From contig CACHZY010000003.1 of assembly GCA_902584445.1 (NCBI GenBank), forward strand, positions 30,496 to 94,495: a DNA stretch of 64,000 bases, written 5' to 3'. Below are positions 9,622-20,049 of the stretch, piece by piece. Positions within the stretch are counted from its first letter, which is position 1. Every line of letters begins with the position of its first letter. The DNA is from an uncultured Bacteroidota bacterium (lineage in GTDB: Bacteria > Bacteroidota > Bacteroidia > Flavobacteriales > Flavobacteriaceae). The notes beneath the pieces are model-generated. The model was not told where the DNA came from, made no database searches, and saw only the letters and a program-made list of their open reading frames with translations. The position numbers and the translations under genes are program-made.

Positions 9622-12097
9622 TTATAATTTTATAGCCTTTATATTCTTAACCTTAATTTCTTTTGGTCTTCAATCACAGGAAATATGGGTAGAAGACAGT
9701 AATACTGGTGAATCATTGGAAGGAGTATTGGTATTTAACGAGGAAAGTGGCACAAATACCTTAACAGATAATTTTGGAAAAGTAAATTTGAAAGATTTTT
9801 CGTCAAATTCTAAAGTCAATTTTAATTTACTTGGTTATCAAAGCATTGTATTGTCAATAGATGAAATCAAGCTAAAGCGCGTTGTTAAGATGACCTCTGA
9901 GGATGAAGTCCTAGAAGAAGTAGTACTTTCCGTAGCAAGATCACAGGCTACTCGTGAAAAAATTGCTGAACAAGTAGGCATCATCGATCAAAATGAAATC
10001 GAGAGTCAGATCGTCGGTACTTCTGCCGATATACTAGAGATTAATCCCAATGTAAGAGTTCAAAAGTCGCAAGGAGGAGGTGGTAGTCCTGTTTTAAGAG
10101 GGTTTGAAGCCAATAGAGTCTTAATTGTTGTGGATGGTGTAAGAATGAATAACGCAATTTATCGTTCTGGACACTTACAAAATGCAATAACAATTGATCC
10201 CCATAATATAGATAGAGTTGAAGTCACCTTTGGATCTTCTTCAGTTGGATATGGTTCTGATGCACTGGGTGGTGTTATTCATTATTATACCAAATCACCA
10301 GATTTTAATAGTACAGAAAAAGTGAAATCATCATTTTCGACTGCATTAAACTCGGCTAACTCGGCAATTATAAATAATACAACTACATCTTTAAGTTATA
10401 AGAATTGGGGCAGTCTAACCAGTTTCAGCTACTCTAAATTTGGTAATATCCAAATGGGTAAAAACAGAAAACATGGTTTTGATGATTGGGGGCTAAACCA
10501 ATATTTTTCATTTAACAGCGGAGATCGGTATAGAGAATTTCCAACAAAAAACTCTAACCCTAACATCCAAAAAAATACAGCTTATGATCAATTTGATCTT
10601 TTTCAAAAATTTACTTTTAAATTACCCAAAGATCAGCTATTAAGGATTAATATTCAGTATTCAGAATCTTCGAATATTGACCGATATGATAAGTTGGTAG
10701 AGGAAAATAACGGAAGTCTTAGATTTAGTGAATGGTATTATGGGCCCCAAAAACGATTGTTTATTTCTCCCCAATTTAAGTTTTTCCTGGGGAAAAAATG
10801 GATGAAAAAGGGTACAATGACTTTAGCCTATCAAAAAGTTGATGAATCTAGAGTTAATAGGAAGTTTGGTGAAATAAGTCGTTCAAATAAATTAGAGTCC
10901 GTAGATGTTTTAAGTTTAAATACTGATTTTTTTGGTTATTCAAAAGGAGGGCATAGTTACTCTTATGGATTAGAGTGGACACACAATAAAATCAATTCAG
11001 AGGCACATGCTTTTGATCTAGAATTAGATTTTGAACGTATTACAGGCTTTAGTAACAGGAGACCTATTCCCTCTCGTTATCCAGATAACGGTAGCTCTGC
11101 GTATAGTTTTGCAGTTTATCTAAACTGGATTTATGAGCTTAATGAAATGACAAGCTTAAATGCTGGTTTACGTTATACAAGTTCAAGCTTAAAGGGTGAT
11201 TGGAATAAAATATCTTCGGTAGATAAACTTCTTTCATCGGTAGAGTTAGATTCAGAGGCCTTGACATATACTTTAGCTGTTACCTACAGACCTAATAAAA
11301 AATTACAAATTAATAGCCTTATTTCTAGTGGTTTTAGAAATCCTAACATTGATGATATAGGAAAAATAAGAGAAAGTAGCGGTATTCTTTTAGTCCCAAA
11401 CTCATTTTTAAAACCAGAATACGCATATACATTTGAATCTGGAATTAAGATCCGTTCAAACAACCAAAAAAGTTATTTAGACTTAAGAGGTTTTAGCACT
11501 CTTGTATCAAGACATATTGTGAGATCTGATTTTATTGTTTTTTCAGATACCTCAACTGAAAATCTAAATACCATAATTTATAATGGAGATGAAGTTCTAA
11601 CCCAAGCTAACAAAAATCTAGGTAACAGATTCATCTATGGCCTTTGCCTTGACGGGAAATTATCACTTGGAAGCTTAATGAAATTCTATGGAGGGGTCAA
11701 CTTTACCTCCTCGGATAAAAATTCCGATTATGGTCCCATGCCCTCAATAGCCCCTTTTTTTGGAACTTTTACATTTTCAAGTAAATACCGAAAGTGGAGT
11801 AATTTCTTAATTTGGAAATTTAGTGGCTCAAAAAAACCTGTCGACTACAGTTGGGGGGGCGAAGATGGTCTTAATGAAACTCCTATTGTAGCTCCAAATG
11901 AACCTTTGGAAATTGATCGTTTTTACGGTATCCCATCATGGGATATTCTCTCTTTATTAACACAATACTCTCTGAAAGAAAAAATTAGGTTAACATTTGG
12001 TCTTAATAATATTTTTGATATTCACTATAGAACATTTGCCTCAGGAATTTCTTCTGAAGGAAGGAGTTTTCAGCTTGGGGTAAAGGTTAAATTTTAA
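9605..12097 (+). CDS. TonB-dependent outer-membrane receptor with N-terminal CarboxypepD_reg domain
   Basis: Signal peptide; plug-domain motifs GGGGSPVLRGFEANRVLIVVDGVRMNN; long beta-barrel ending in an aromatic residue (..VKVKF). Confidence 0.8.
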   Translation: MRFSINYNFIAFIFLTLISFGLQSQEIWVEDSNTGESLEGVLVFNEESGTNTLTDNFGKVNLKDFSSNSKVNFNLLGYQSIVLSIDEIKLKRVVKMTSEDEVLEEVVLSVARSQATREKIAEQVGIIDQNEIESQIVGTSADILEINPNVRVQKSQGGGGSPVLRGFEANRVLIVVDGVRMNNAIYRSGHLQNAITIDPHNIDRVEVTFGSSSVGYGSDALGGVIHYYTKSPDFNSTEKVKSSFSTALNSANSAIINNTTTSLSYKNWGSLTSFSYSKFGNIQMGKNRKHGFDDWGLNQYFSFNSGDRYREFPTKNSNPNIQKNTAYDQFDLFQKFTFKLPKDQLLRINIQYSESSNIDRYDKLVEENNGSLRFSEWYYGPQKRLFISPQFKFFLGKKWMKKGTMTLAYQKVDESRVNRKFGEISRSNKLESVDVLSLNTDFFGYSKGGHSYSYGLEWTHNKINSEAHAFDLELDFERITGFSNRRPIPSRYPDNGSSAYSFAVYLNWIYELNEMTSLNAGLRYTSSSLKGDWNKISSVDKLLSSVELDSEALTYTLAVTYRPNKKLQINSLISSGFRNPNIDDIGKIRESSGILLVPNSFLKPEYAYTFESGIKIRSNNQKSYLDLRGFSTLVSRHIVRSDFIVFSDTSTENLNTIIYNGDEVLTQANKNLGNRFIYGLCLDGKLSLGSLMKFYGGVNFTSSDKNSDYGPMPSIAPFFGTFTFSSKYRKWSNFLIWKFSGSKKPVDYSWGGEDGLNETPIVAPNEPLEIDRFYGIPSWDILSLLTQYSLKEKIRLTFGLNNIFDIHYRTFASGISSEGRSFQLGVKVKF

Positions 12098-12154
12098 AAT
12101 CTATTTTTCTAGGCTAAAATCCTTAATTTCGCAAATCAGCTATATAGACCTGAT

Positions 12155-15100
12155 ATGGTTTTTAAAGAATACAAAGGACTTGATTTACCAGGATTTTCAT
12201 CTGATATCCTTGCCCAATGGCATGAAAATAAAATCTTCAAAAAAAGTCTCGATCAAAGAGCAGACGCTCCAACATTTATATTTTATGAGGGTCCCCCATC
12301 TGCAAATGGAATTCCTGGGATTCACCATGTAATGGCTCGAACCATTAAGGATATTTTTTGTCGATATAAAACACAAAAGGGCTTTCTAGTTAAAAGAAAA
12401 GCGGGATGGGATACACATGGTTTACCTGTTGAGCTTGGGGTAGAAAAAGAGCTCGGAATTTCCAAAGATTCAATTGGTAAAACTATTACTGTCGAAGAAT
12501 ACAATAAGGCTTGTCAAAAAGCAGTAATGAAATATACGAGCCTTTGGAATCAACTTACTAAAAAAATGGGTTATTGGGTGGATATGGAAAACCCTTATGT
12601 AACTTACAAATCAAAATACATTGAAACCGTCTGGTGGATTATAAAACAAATCTACAAAAAAGGCCTTTTGTATAAAGGCTACACGATTCAACCATATTCC
12701 CCAAAAGCAGGAACCGGTCTTAGCTCTCACGAATTAAATCAGCCCGGAACCTATAAAGATGTTAGCGACACCTCAATTACTGCACAGTTTAAAACTCTTA
12801 GGGAATCCCTTCCAAAGGAATTAAAAAATGAAGTACCACTATATATATTGGCATGGACTACAACCCCATGGACATTACCCTCAAATACAGCGTTGACGGT
12901 AGGTCCTAAAATTGATTATGCAATCATTCAAACCTACAACCAATATACTTTTAAGCCTATTCGGGTAGTTTTAGCCAATGCTCTAGTAAACAAACAGTTT
13001 GGTGGAAAGTATTTTTCAGTAGATACTCTTGGCGAATTAAGAGCATATAATAGTAAAAGCAAGAAGATTCCTTATTTCGTCGAAAAAACTATCATTGGTA
13101 AAAGTTTAGAGGGTATTCGCTATGAGAAAATTTGGCACGAGGCTCCAGAACCAGTAGATCATCCTGAAAATGCCTATCGTATTATTATTGGTGATTTTGT
13201 TACAATAGAAGATGGTACTGGTATTGTTCACACTGCTCCAACTTTTGGTGCTGACGACGCAAAAGTTGCGAAAGAAGCTTCTCCAGAAGTTCCTCCACTA
13301 CTTATTTACGATAAAAATAAGAATAAAGTTCCATTAGTTGATTTACAAGGTAAGTTCAGATCTAAATTGGGTCAACTATCCGGTCAATATGTCAAAAACG
13401 AATATTACCCGGAGGGAAATGCCCCAGAAAAATCTGTAGATGTTCAGATTGCTATACAATTAAAACATCAAAATGCGGCGTTTAAAGTCGAAAAATATGT
13501 CCACTCCTACCCTAACTGCTGGAGAACAGATAAGCCAATTTTATATTATCCTATGGATTCATGGTTTATGAAGGTCAATAAAGTTAGAGATCGCTTAACT
13601 GCTTTAAATCAAAAAATCAATTGGAAGCCAAAAGCTACTGGAGAAAAAAGATTTGGGAACTGGTTGGCTAATGCCAACGACTGGAATCTGTCTAGGTCAC
13701 GATTTTGGGGAATTCCCATACCAATTTGGAGAAGTGAAGACGGTCAAACTGAAATAGTGGTTGGTTCGGTTGCAGAATTGTACAGTGAAATTGAAAAATC
13801 TGTTCAAAAAGGGTTGATGGAATCTAATCCCTTAGTTGACTTTGAAGTTGGTGAAATGAGTGATGGTAATTATGATAAAATTGATCTTCACAAACATGTT
13901 GTAGATAAAATAGTACTATCGAGTCCAGATGGGACACCCTTGTTTAGAGAAAAGGACTTAATAGATGTTTGGTTTGATTCCGGTGCAATGCCCTATGCTC
14001 AATGGCATTATCCATTTGAAAATAAAGACAAAATTGACATGCGTACTGACTTTCCTGCTGATTATATTGCCGAGGGAGTAGATCAAACAAGGGGATGGTT
14101 TTATACGCTTCATGTAATAGGAGGAGCAGTCTTTGATAGTATTGCATATAAAAACGTGATTTCAAATGGACTTGTATTGGATAAAAATGGACAAAAAATG
14201 TCTAAGCGACTAGGTAATACCATAGATCCTTTTCAAGTGATTGATAAATATGGAGCTGATGCCACCCGTTGGTATATGATTTCAAATTCTAACCCTTGGG
14301 ATAATTTAAAGTTTGATCTTGAAGGAGTGGAGGAGGTTCAAAGAAAGTTTTTTGGAACTCTCTTCAACACTTATTCATTTTTAAGTCTTTATGCAAATAT
14401 TGATAGTTTTAAAAATGAAGAAAACCCAATTTCTCTAATGGAGCGAAGTGAGTTAGACCAGTGGATTTTATCTGAACTAAATAGTTTAATCGCAATGGTA
14501 GATAGTTTTTATCAAGATTATGAACCTACAAAAGCAGCACGGTCAATTTCAGACTTCGTTCAAGAGAAGCTTAGTAACTGGTATATAAGGCTCTGCAGAA
14601 GAAGATTTTGGAAAGGAAATTATGAAAAAGATAAAATCGCTGCCTACCAGACGCTTTACGAGTGCCTATTTATCATTTCAAAATTAATAGCTCCAATTGC
14701 TCCATTTTTCGCGGACTATCTTTACAAAAATTTAACTAAAAATACATTTTCAGAAAAATTTGAATCAGTTCACCTCTCAGATTTTCCTTCTTCCAGAAAA
14801 GAATTTATAAATATTCGTTTGGAGAGTCAAATCAATACAGCAAGAAACATCACCTCATTAGCCCTATCGCTAAGAAAAAAAGAGCAAATCAAGGTCAGGC
14901 AGCCGCTTGAAACTTTGATGATAGCTGTAAATAGCATAGAAGAAAAAGAGGAGATAGAAATGATTAAATCTCAGGTGGCAACTGAAGTAAATGTGAAAAA
15001 AATTGAACTTATAAATGATAAAAGTGATATTCTTGTAAAAGAGATTAAACCTAATTTTAAAACTTTGGGGCCTAAATATGGTAGAGAAATGTCTGGCGTG

Positions 15101-15556
15101 ATTTCCATAATTAACGCCTTTTCAGCTACTGAAATCAAAACCCTTGAGGATGAAGGCGAAATTAGCATTAAGCTTAATGAAAAAAATATTATTTTAGAGC
15201 TCAGTGAAGTAGAAATTTCCTCTAAAGATATTGAAGGGTGGCTCGTTGCCCATGGAAACGGATTAACAGTGGCGCTTGATATTTCTTTAACTGAAGATTT
15301 ACTTGACGAAGGAGTAGCGAGAGAACTTGTAAATAGGATCCAAAATATTAGAAAAGATAATGGACTTGAGGTAACAGATAGGATTAATATATGTTTTTTA
15401 GAAGATAAAAGTTTAAAGGAAAAAATAAATAAGAATAGTGAATATATTTGTTCTGAAACCCTTGGTGAAAAGATTAGTTTTATCAAAAAAATGGAATCTG
15501 GAACCGAAGTTGTTTTTGACGATATTAAAACAAGAATAACCATTAAAAAAATTTAA
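12155..15556 (+). CDS. ileS: isoleucine--tRNA ligase (long, type 2)
   Basis: HIGH-type motif (PGIHHV) and KMSKRLGN; 1133 aa; conserved ileS / dksA-like / lspA order. Confidence 0.97.
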   Translation: MVFKEYKGLDLPGFSSDILAQWHENKIFKKSLDQRADAPTFIFYEGPPSANGIPGIHHVMARTIKDIFCRYKTQKGFLVKRKAGWDTHGLPVELGVEKELGISKDSIGKTITVEEYNKACQKAVMKYTSLWNQLTKKMGYWVDMENPYVTYKSKYIETVWWIIKQIYKKGLLYKGYTIQPYSPKAGTGLSSHELNQPGTYKDVSDTSITAQFKTLRESLPKELKNEVPLYILAWTTTPWTLPSNTALTVGPKIDYAIIQTYNQYTFKPIRVVLANALVNKQFGGKYFSVDTLGELRAYNSKSKKIPYFVEKTIIGKSLEGIRYEKIWHEAPEPVDHPENAYRIIIGDFVTIEDGTGIVHTAPTFGADDAKVAKEASPEVPPLLIYDKNKNKVPLVDLQGKFRSKLGQLSGQYVKNEYYPEGNAPEKSVDVQIAIQLKHQNAAFKVEKYVHSYPNCWRTDKPILYYPMDSWFMKVNKVRDRLTALNQKINWKPKATGEKRFGNWLANANDWNLSRSRFWGIPIPIWRSEDGQTEIVVGSVAELYSEIEKSVQKGLMESNPLVDFEVGEMSDGNYDKIDLHKHVVDKIVLSSPDGTPLFREKDLIDVWFDSGAMPYAQWHYPFENKDKIDMRTDFPADYIAEGVDQTRGWFYTLHVIGGAVFDSIAYKNVISNGLVLDKNGQKMSKRLGNTIDPFQVIDKYGADATRWYMISNSNPWDNLKFDLEGVEEVQRKFFGTLFNTYSFLSLYANIDSFKNEENPISLMERSELDQWILSELNSLIAMVDSFYQDYEPTKAARSISDFVQEKLSNWYIRLCRRRFWKGNYEKDKIAAYQTLYECLFIISKLIAPIAPFFADYLYKNLTKNTFSEKFESVHLSDFPSSRKEFINIRLESQINTARNITSLALSLRKKEQIKVRQPLETLMIAVNSIEEKEEIEMIKSQVATEVNVKKIELINDKSDILVKEIKPNFKTLGPKYGREMSGVISIINAFSATEIKTLEDEGEISIKLNEKNIILELSEVEISSKDIEGWLVAHGNGLTVALDISLTEDLLDEGVARELVNRIQNIRKDNGLEVTDRINICFLEDKSLKEKINKNSEYICSETLGEKISFIKKMESGTEVVFDDIKTRITIKKI

Positions 15557-15557
15557 A

Positions 15558-15941
15558 ATGGCAACAGACACAAAAGCTCGATACTCTGATGCAGAATTAG
15601 ATGAGTTTAAAAAATTAATTGAGATTAAAATAAATAAGGCTCAAGAAGACTTAGAACTTCTTAAAAGTGCTTATATGAATGATGGAAATAATGGTACTGA
15701 TGATACCTCACCAACTTTCAAAGCTTTTGAAGAAGGGTCAGAAACCATGTCCAAAGAAGCCAATACTCAGTTGGCGATCCGTCAGGAAAAATTTATCCGT
15801 GATCTAAAAAACGCAATGATAAGAATTGAAAACAAAACTTATGGGGTTTGTCGAGTAACAGGAAAATTAATCAATAAAAAAAGACTTTTACTTGTTCCTC
15901 ACGCAACTTTAAGCATTGAGGCTAAAAATATGCAAAAATAG
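15558..15941 (+). CDS. DksA/TraR-family protein (Cys4 zinc finger not conserved)
   Basis: Coiled-coil N-terminus and C-terminal YGVCRVTGKLINKKRLLLVPHATLSIEAK; only one Cys in the whole protein. Confidence 0.65.
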   Translation: MATDTKARYSDAELDEFKKLIEIKINKAQEDLELLKSAYMNDGNNGTDDTSPTFKAFEEGSETMSKEANTQLAIRQEKFIRDLKNAMIRIENKTYGVCRVTGKLINKKRLLLVPHATLSIEAKNMQK

Positions 15942-15944
15942 GCA

Positions 15945-16610
15945 GTGAGATTTAACCTATCTAATATTAACTTGCCAACTGCTTTTTTAATTGTATTGAT
16001 ATTACTTTTAATTGACCAAGCATCAAAGTTTTATATAAAGCTCAACTTTGAACTTTCAAGTTATGGAACTGATGCAATTGTTGATTGGGGATTTTTTAAG
16101 CTACTTTTTGTTGAAAATAAAGGGATGGCTATGGGTGCTAAACTAAATGATTTCCTCCCTTTTATTAATGATAAAACAGCCAAATTAGGTTTGACTATTT
16201 TTCGACTTTTTGCCATAATTGGCATTGGCTATTGGTTATGGGACAATATTAAAAAAGAATCTTCAAATCTATTCAGGTGGTCTTTGTGCCTGATTTTTGC
16301 TGGGGCTTTAGGCAACATAATTGACTCAGTCTTTTACGGACTTATTTTTTCCCATAGTTATGGACAAATCGCTACTTTATTTCCTCAAGGAGGAGGCTAT
16401 GCCCCCATTTTTCAAGGACATGTGGTTGACATGTTACAATTTCCATTGGTTAGTTGGAACTGGCCAGAATGGATGCCAAGTGTTGGGGGTAGAAGATATA
16501 CTTTTTTTCAGTATGTGTTTAATGTTGCTGACACTTCTATAAGTACAGGAGTGGGGATTCTTCTAGTCTTCAATAAAAGGATCTTTAATCAGTCAGAAGA
16601 GAATTCGTAA
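15945..16610 (+). CDS. lspA: lipoprotein signal peptidase II
   Basis: NKGMAMG, GNIIDSVFYG, VVDMLQF and FNVADT blocks; GTG start. Confidence 0.85.
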   Translation: MRFNLSNINLPTAFLIVLILLLIDQASKFYIKLNFELSSYGTDAIVDWGFFKLLFVENKGMAMGAKLNDFLPFINDKTAKLGLTIFRLFAIIGIGYWLWDNIKKESSNLFRWSLCLIFAGALGNIIDSVFYGLIFSHSYGQIATLFPQGGGYAPIFQGHVVDMLQFPLVSWNWPEWMPSVGGRRYTFFQYVFNVADTSISTGVGILLVFNKRIFNQSEENS

Positions 16611-17164
16611 ATCCTATCTTTTGTGATTCCAAAGTTCATGGGGATATCATGTGACTGAATATCCTCAATTCTTTCAATAGGGTCAAAATAGGATAGTCCT
16701 ACTTTGATCGTTTCCTTTCTGCATTTTGCTAAAAAACGATCATAATAACCTTTGCCATATCCAATTCGGTGACCTTGTAGATCAAAAATTAATAATGGGA
16801 CAAAAACAACATCGATTTGATTAGACTTGATTTTAATCCCAGACTGAGGTTCAGGAATTCCCCAATGACTCCTCTTAAGTGGTGTTTGATCAGCTAACAA
16901 ATAATGTTCTAATTCATAATCATCTAATATTTTTGGAATGACAATCTGCTTATCTTTTCCTTGCAGTACAGACAATAAGAGAGCAGTGTCAATCTCTTTG
17001 TTCTGCTCAGAAGCCATGAAAAGGTGATAAACAGATTTATTCCACAGATTAAGCTCTAAACAACGATTCACAATTTCAATACTGAAATTATCAATCTGTT
17101 TAGAAGTGAACTTACTCCTTAATTTTAGATAATTTGATCTAAGATCTGACTTTATATTATTCAA
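16589..17164 (-). CDS. 5-formyltetrahydrofolate cyclo-ligase
   Basis: GYGKGYYDR motif, 191 aa; 3' end overlaps the lspA 3' end convergently. Confidence 0.8.
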   Translation of the reverse strand: MNNIKSDLRSNYLKLRSKFTSKQIDNFSIEIVNRCLELNLWNKSVYHLFMASEQNKEIDTALLLSVLQGKDKQIVIPKILDDYELEHYLLADQTPLKRSHWGIPEPQSGIKIKSNQIDVVFVPLLIFDLQGHRIGYGKGYYDRFLAKCRKETIKVGLSYFDPIERIEDIQSHDIPMNFGITKDRIYEFSSD

Positions 17165-17268
17165 AATACCAATGAATTAATACTATTTTTTAAAATTAAG
17201 ACATATAACTTAGTCCTGCTCATTAAGTCCCTTTTTTTAATGCATGTAGAAAATAGTAACTTCGTATT

Positions 17269-19002
17269 ATGGGAAAGTCCTCTGTTTACCTTCAGTTCAA
17301 AACGTTACCAATTGAGCCAGGTGTTTATCAATTTTTTGATAAGGAAGACACAGTGATTTATATTGGTAAAGCAAAAAATCTTAAAAGGAGGGTTGCCTCC
17401 TATTTCACTAAAGTCCATGAAAATGCTAAAACCCGTGTCCTTGTAAAAAAGATCGATCGAATGGAACATATTGTTGTTCCCTCAGAGGTTGATGCCCTTT
17501 TGTTGGAAAATAACCTAATAAAAAAGTATCGCCCTAGATACAACATCCTTTTAAAAGACGATAAGACCTACCCATGGATCTGTATAAAAAAAGAACCTTT
17601 TCCAAGGATATTCAGTACCCGAAAGATAATTCGGGATGGTTCAGAATATTATGGTCCTTATCCAAATGTTAAAACCCTTTACACATTAATTGAACTCATT
17701 AAAGATGTTTACCCTTTCTTAAATCATGAACTAAATCATCTTATAAAAGTTAACGATGAAAAAAATATAATAAAACTTTTTGAAAAAAATAAAAGCTCAA
17801 TTAGACAGCTAATAAATGGTGATTTTAAAACTCCAATTAAAAACCTAAAAGCACAAATGGAAAAACACTCCAATAAACTGGAGTTTGAAAGTGCAAATAA
17901 AATTAAAAATAAATTGGAATCATTGGAAAATTATCAGGCTAAATCTACCGTTGTCAACTCCAAAATATCTAATGTGGATGTGTTTTCTATATTTTCCGAC
18001 GAGAGCTATGGTTACGTTAATTTCTTTCAAGTTGTATTTGGTTCAATAATCAGATCCCACACAATTGAGATTAAGAAAAAACTTGAGGAATCTGATAAAG
18101 AGCTATTATCGATTGCCATTATCAGCATAAGACAAAGATTTAACTCTCAATCAAAAGAAATTTACCTCCCATTTAAGATTGACTTAGGGAAAAATATTAG
18201 AGTAACGGTGCCTCTTCTAGGGGACAAGAAAAAACTAGTAGAACTTTCCCAGCGAAATGCAAAATTCTTTAGGCTGGAACGCTTTAAACAAACGAAAATA
18301 GTTGACCCAGATCGGCATATTAAAAGACTAATGAACCAAATGAAAGTTGATCTAAAGCTAAATGAAGAACCCAATCATATTGAGTGTTTTGACAATTCTA
18401 ATATTCAAGGAACCAACCCAACCGCAGCCTGCGTAGTCTTTCGAAATGGAAAGCCATTTAAAAAGGATTACCGCCATTTTAAGATTAAAACAGTTGAAGG
18501 AGCAGATGATTTTGCCTCAATGAAAGAGGTGGTTCATCGAAGGTACAAAAGATTGAAGGATGAGGGCATTTCTTTACCCCAATTGATCGTAATTGACGGA
18601 GGTAAGGGACAATTGTCCTCTGCCGTGAAAAGTCTAGACAAACTTGGATTAAGGGGTAAAATATCGATCATTGGTATTGCCAAACGCCTTGAGGAAATTT
18701 ACTACCCTGATGATAGTATTCCAATGTATTTGGATAAAAAATCTGAAACCCTAAAAATCATTCAGCAACTTCGTAATGAGGCCCATCGATTTGGACTAGA
18801 ACTTCACAGAAAAATACGAAGTAAAGACGCGCTAAAATCTCCCTTGGATAATATTGACGGACTTGGCGCTAAAACCAAAGAGCTATTAATTAAAGAATTT
18901 AAGTCCCTAAAAAGAATAAAAGCTGCTTCACAGGAAGAAATCACAAAATTACTGGGGCAAGTCAGGGGGGGTAATATTTTTAAAAGATTAAATGAGCTTT
19001 AG
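17269..19002 (+). CDS. uvrC: excinuclease ABC subunit C
   Basis: GIY-YIG N-terminus (GVYQFFDKEDTVIYIGKAKNLKRRVASYF), UvrBC-interaction region, C-terminal HhH. Confidence 0.95.
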   Translation: MGKSSVYLQFKTLPIEPGVYQFFDKEDTVIYIGKAKNLKRRVASYFTKVHENAKTRVLVKKIDRMEHIVVPSEVDALLLENNLIKKYRPRYNILLKDDKTYPWICIKKEPFPRIFSTRKIIRDGSEYYGPYPNVKTLYTLIELIKDVYPFLNHELNHLIKVNDEKNIIKLFEKNKSSIRQLINGDFKTPIKNLKAQMEKHSNKLEFESANKIKNKLESLENYQAKSTVVNSKISNVDVFSIFSDESYGYVNFFQVVFGSIIRSHTIEIKKKLEESDKELLSIAIISIRQRFNSQSKEIYLPFKIDLGKNIRVTVPLLGDKKKLVELSQRNAKFFRLERFKQTKIVDPDRHIKRLMNQMKVDLKLNEEPNHIECFDNSNIQGTNPTAACVVFRNGKPFKKDYRHFKIKTVEGADDFASMKEVVHRRYKRLKDEGISLPQLIVIDGGKGQLSSAVKSLDKLGLRGKISIIGIAKRLEEIYYPDDSIPMYLDKKSETLKIIQQLRNEAHRFGLELHRKIRSKDALKSPLDNIDGLGAKTKELLIKEFKSLKRIKAASQEEITKLLGQVRGGNIFKRLNEL

Positions 19003-19072
19003 GCTAATATTTTCACTTTTCATAACCCTCAAATAAAATTTGTTAGGTTGATTTAATTAATTTTGAGATATA

Positions 19073-19888
19073 ATGCATTTGAAAAAAATCTATCCCTTAG
19101 TTATCATTCTTTTTTTCCAAAATATGATCTTATTTGGGCAAGTTTCACCCGAAATTGAAAATAATTCTACTAAAAAACTACCCTTTCAGTCTGGAGAGTG
19201 GTTTGAGTTCAGGATTCACTATGGTATTTTCAACGCAAGCTATGCCTCCATCAAATTAGTAAACGATACTATTAACGGAGTACCGGTTCTTCATGCTAAA
19301 GGCTATGGTCGAACAACAGGACTGGCAAGGCTATTTTTTAAATTGGAGGATTATTATGATACTTATTTCGATGAAAAAAAAGTAATTCCCTACTGGTTTA
19401 TTAGGAATATTTATGAAGGTGGGTATACCAAAAATTTGGAGATTAATTTTGACCACAAAAAAAATATCGCACTGGTAAATAACAAAAAAAACAATACCAA
19501 AGCAACATTTAATATTGCTGAAAATGCCCAGGATCTTTTGTCTGCTTTCTACTATCTACGTGCTTTTTACCCAAATGAAAAGATGGAAATTGATCAGACT
19601 TTTAGTGTAAATATGTTTTTTGATAGTGAAAATTATATTTTTAAGATGAAATACATAGGAAAAGAATTACTATCAACCAAATTTGGCAAAATAAAATGCA
19701 TGAAATTTCGTCCCTATGTTCAATCTGGAAGGGTTTTTAGGGAAAAAGAGAGCGTTACCTTATGGATCACAGATGACGGAAATAAGGTTCCCATAAGACT
19801 TCAAGCAGAACTAGCCATCGGAGCAATAGTGGCTGACCTTTACAATTTTAAAAACCTCAAGTATCCCTTTAAAATTATTATGAATTAA
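19073..19888 (+). CDS. DUF3108-like secreted protein
   Basis: Signal peptide; GEWFEFRIHYG..ASIKL pattern typical of DUF3108. Confidence 0.55.
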   Translation: MHLKKIYPLVIILFFQNMILFGQVSPEIENNSTKKLPFQSGEWFEFRIHYGIFNASYASIKLVNDTINGVPVLHAKGYGRTTGLARLFFKLEDYYDTYFDEKKVIPYWFIRNIYEGGYTKNLEINFDHKKNIALVNNKKNNTKATFNIAENAQDLLSAFYYLRAFYPNEKMEIDQTFSVNMFFDSENYIFKMKYIGKELLSTKFGKIKCMKFRPYVQSGRVFREKESVTLWITDDGNKVPIRLQAELAIGAIVADLYNFKNLKYPFKIIMN

Positions 19889-20049
19889 ATCATTTAATTT
19901 GTTTATTACTTATAGGATAACTTTCTGTTAAACCACTTGTAATTTCTTACTTTAAATAAGTTATTTGTAAAATAAGAAAATTGAATTCGTACCATTTATG
20001 AATAAAATTTTTGCCTTTTTATATTCACTTTGTGTCGTTATTTTGATAA

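Noticed and set aside
14971-15543. 190-aa ORF antisense to ileS
   Set aside because: Entirely inside the strongly supported ileS CDS. Ser/Ile/Leu/Phe-rich low-complexity translation typical of the antisense frame of an AT-rich gene.
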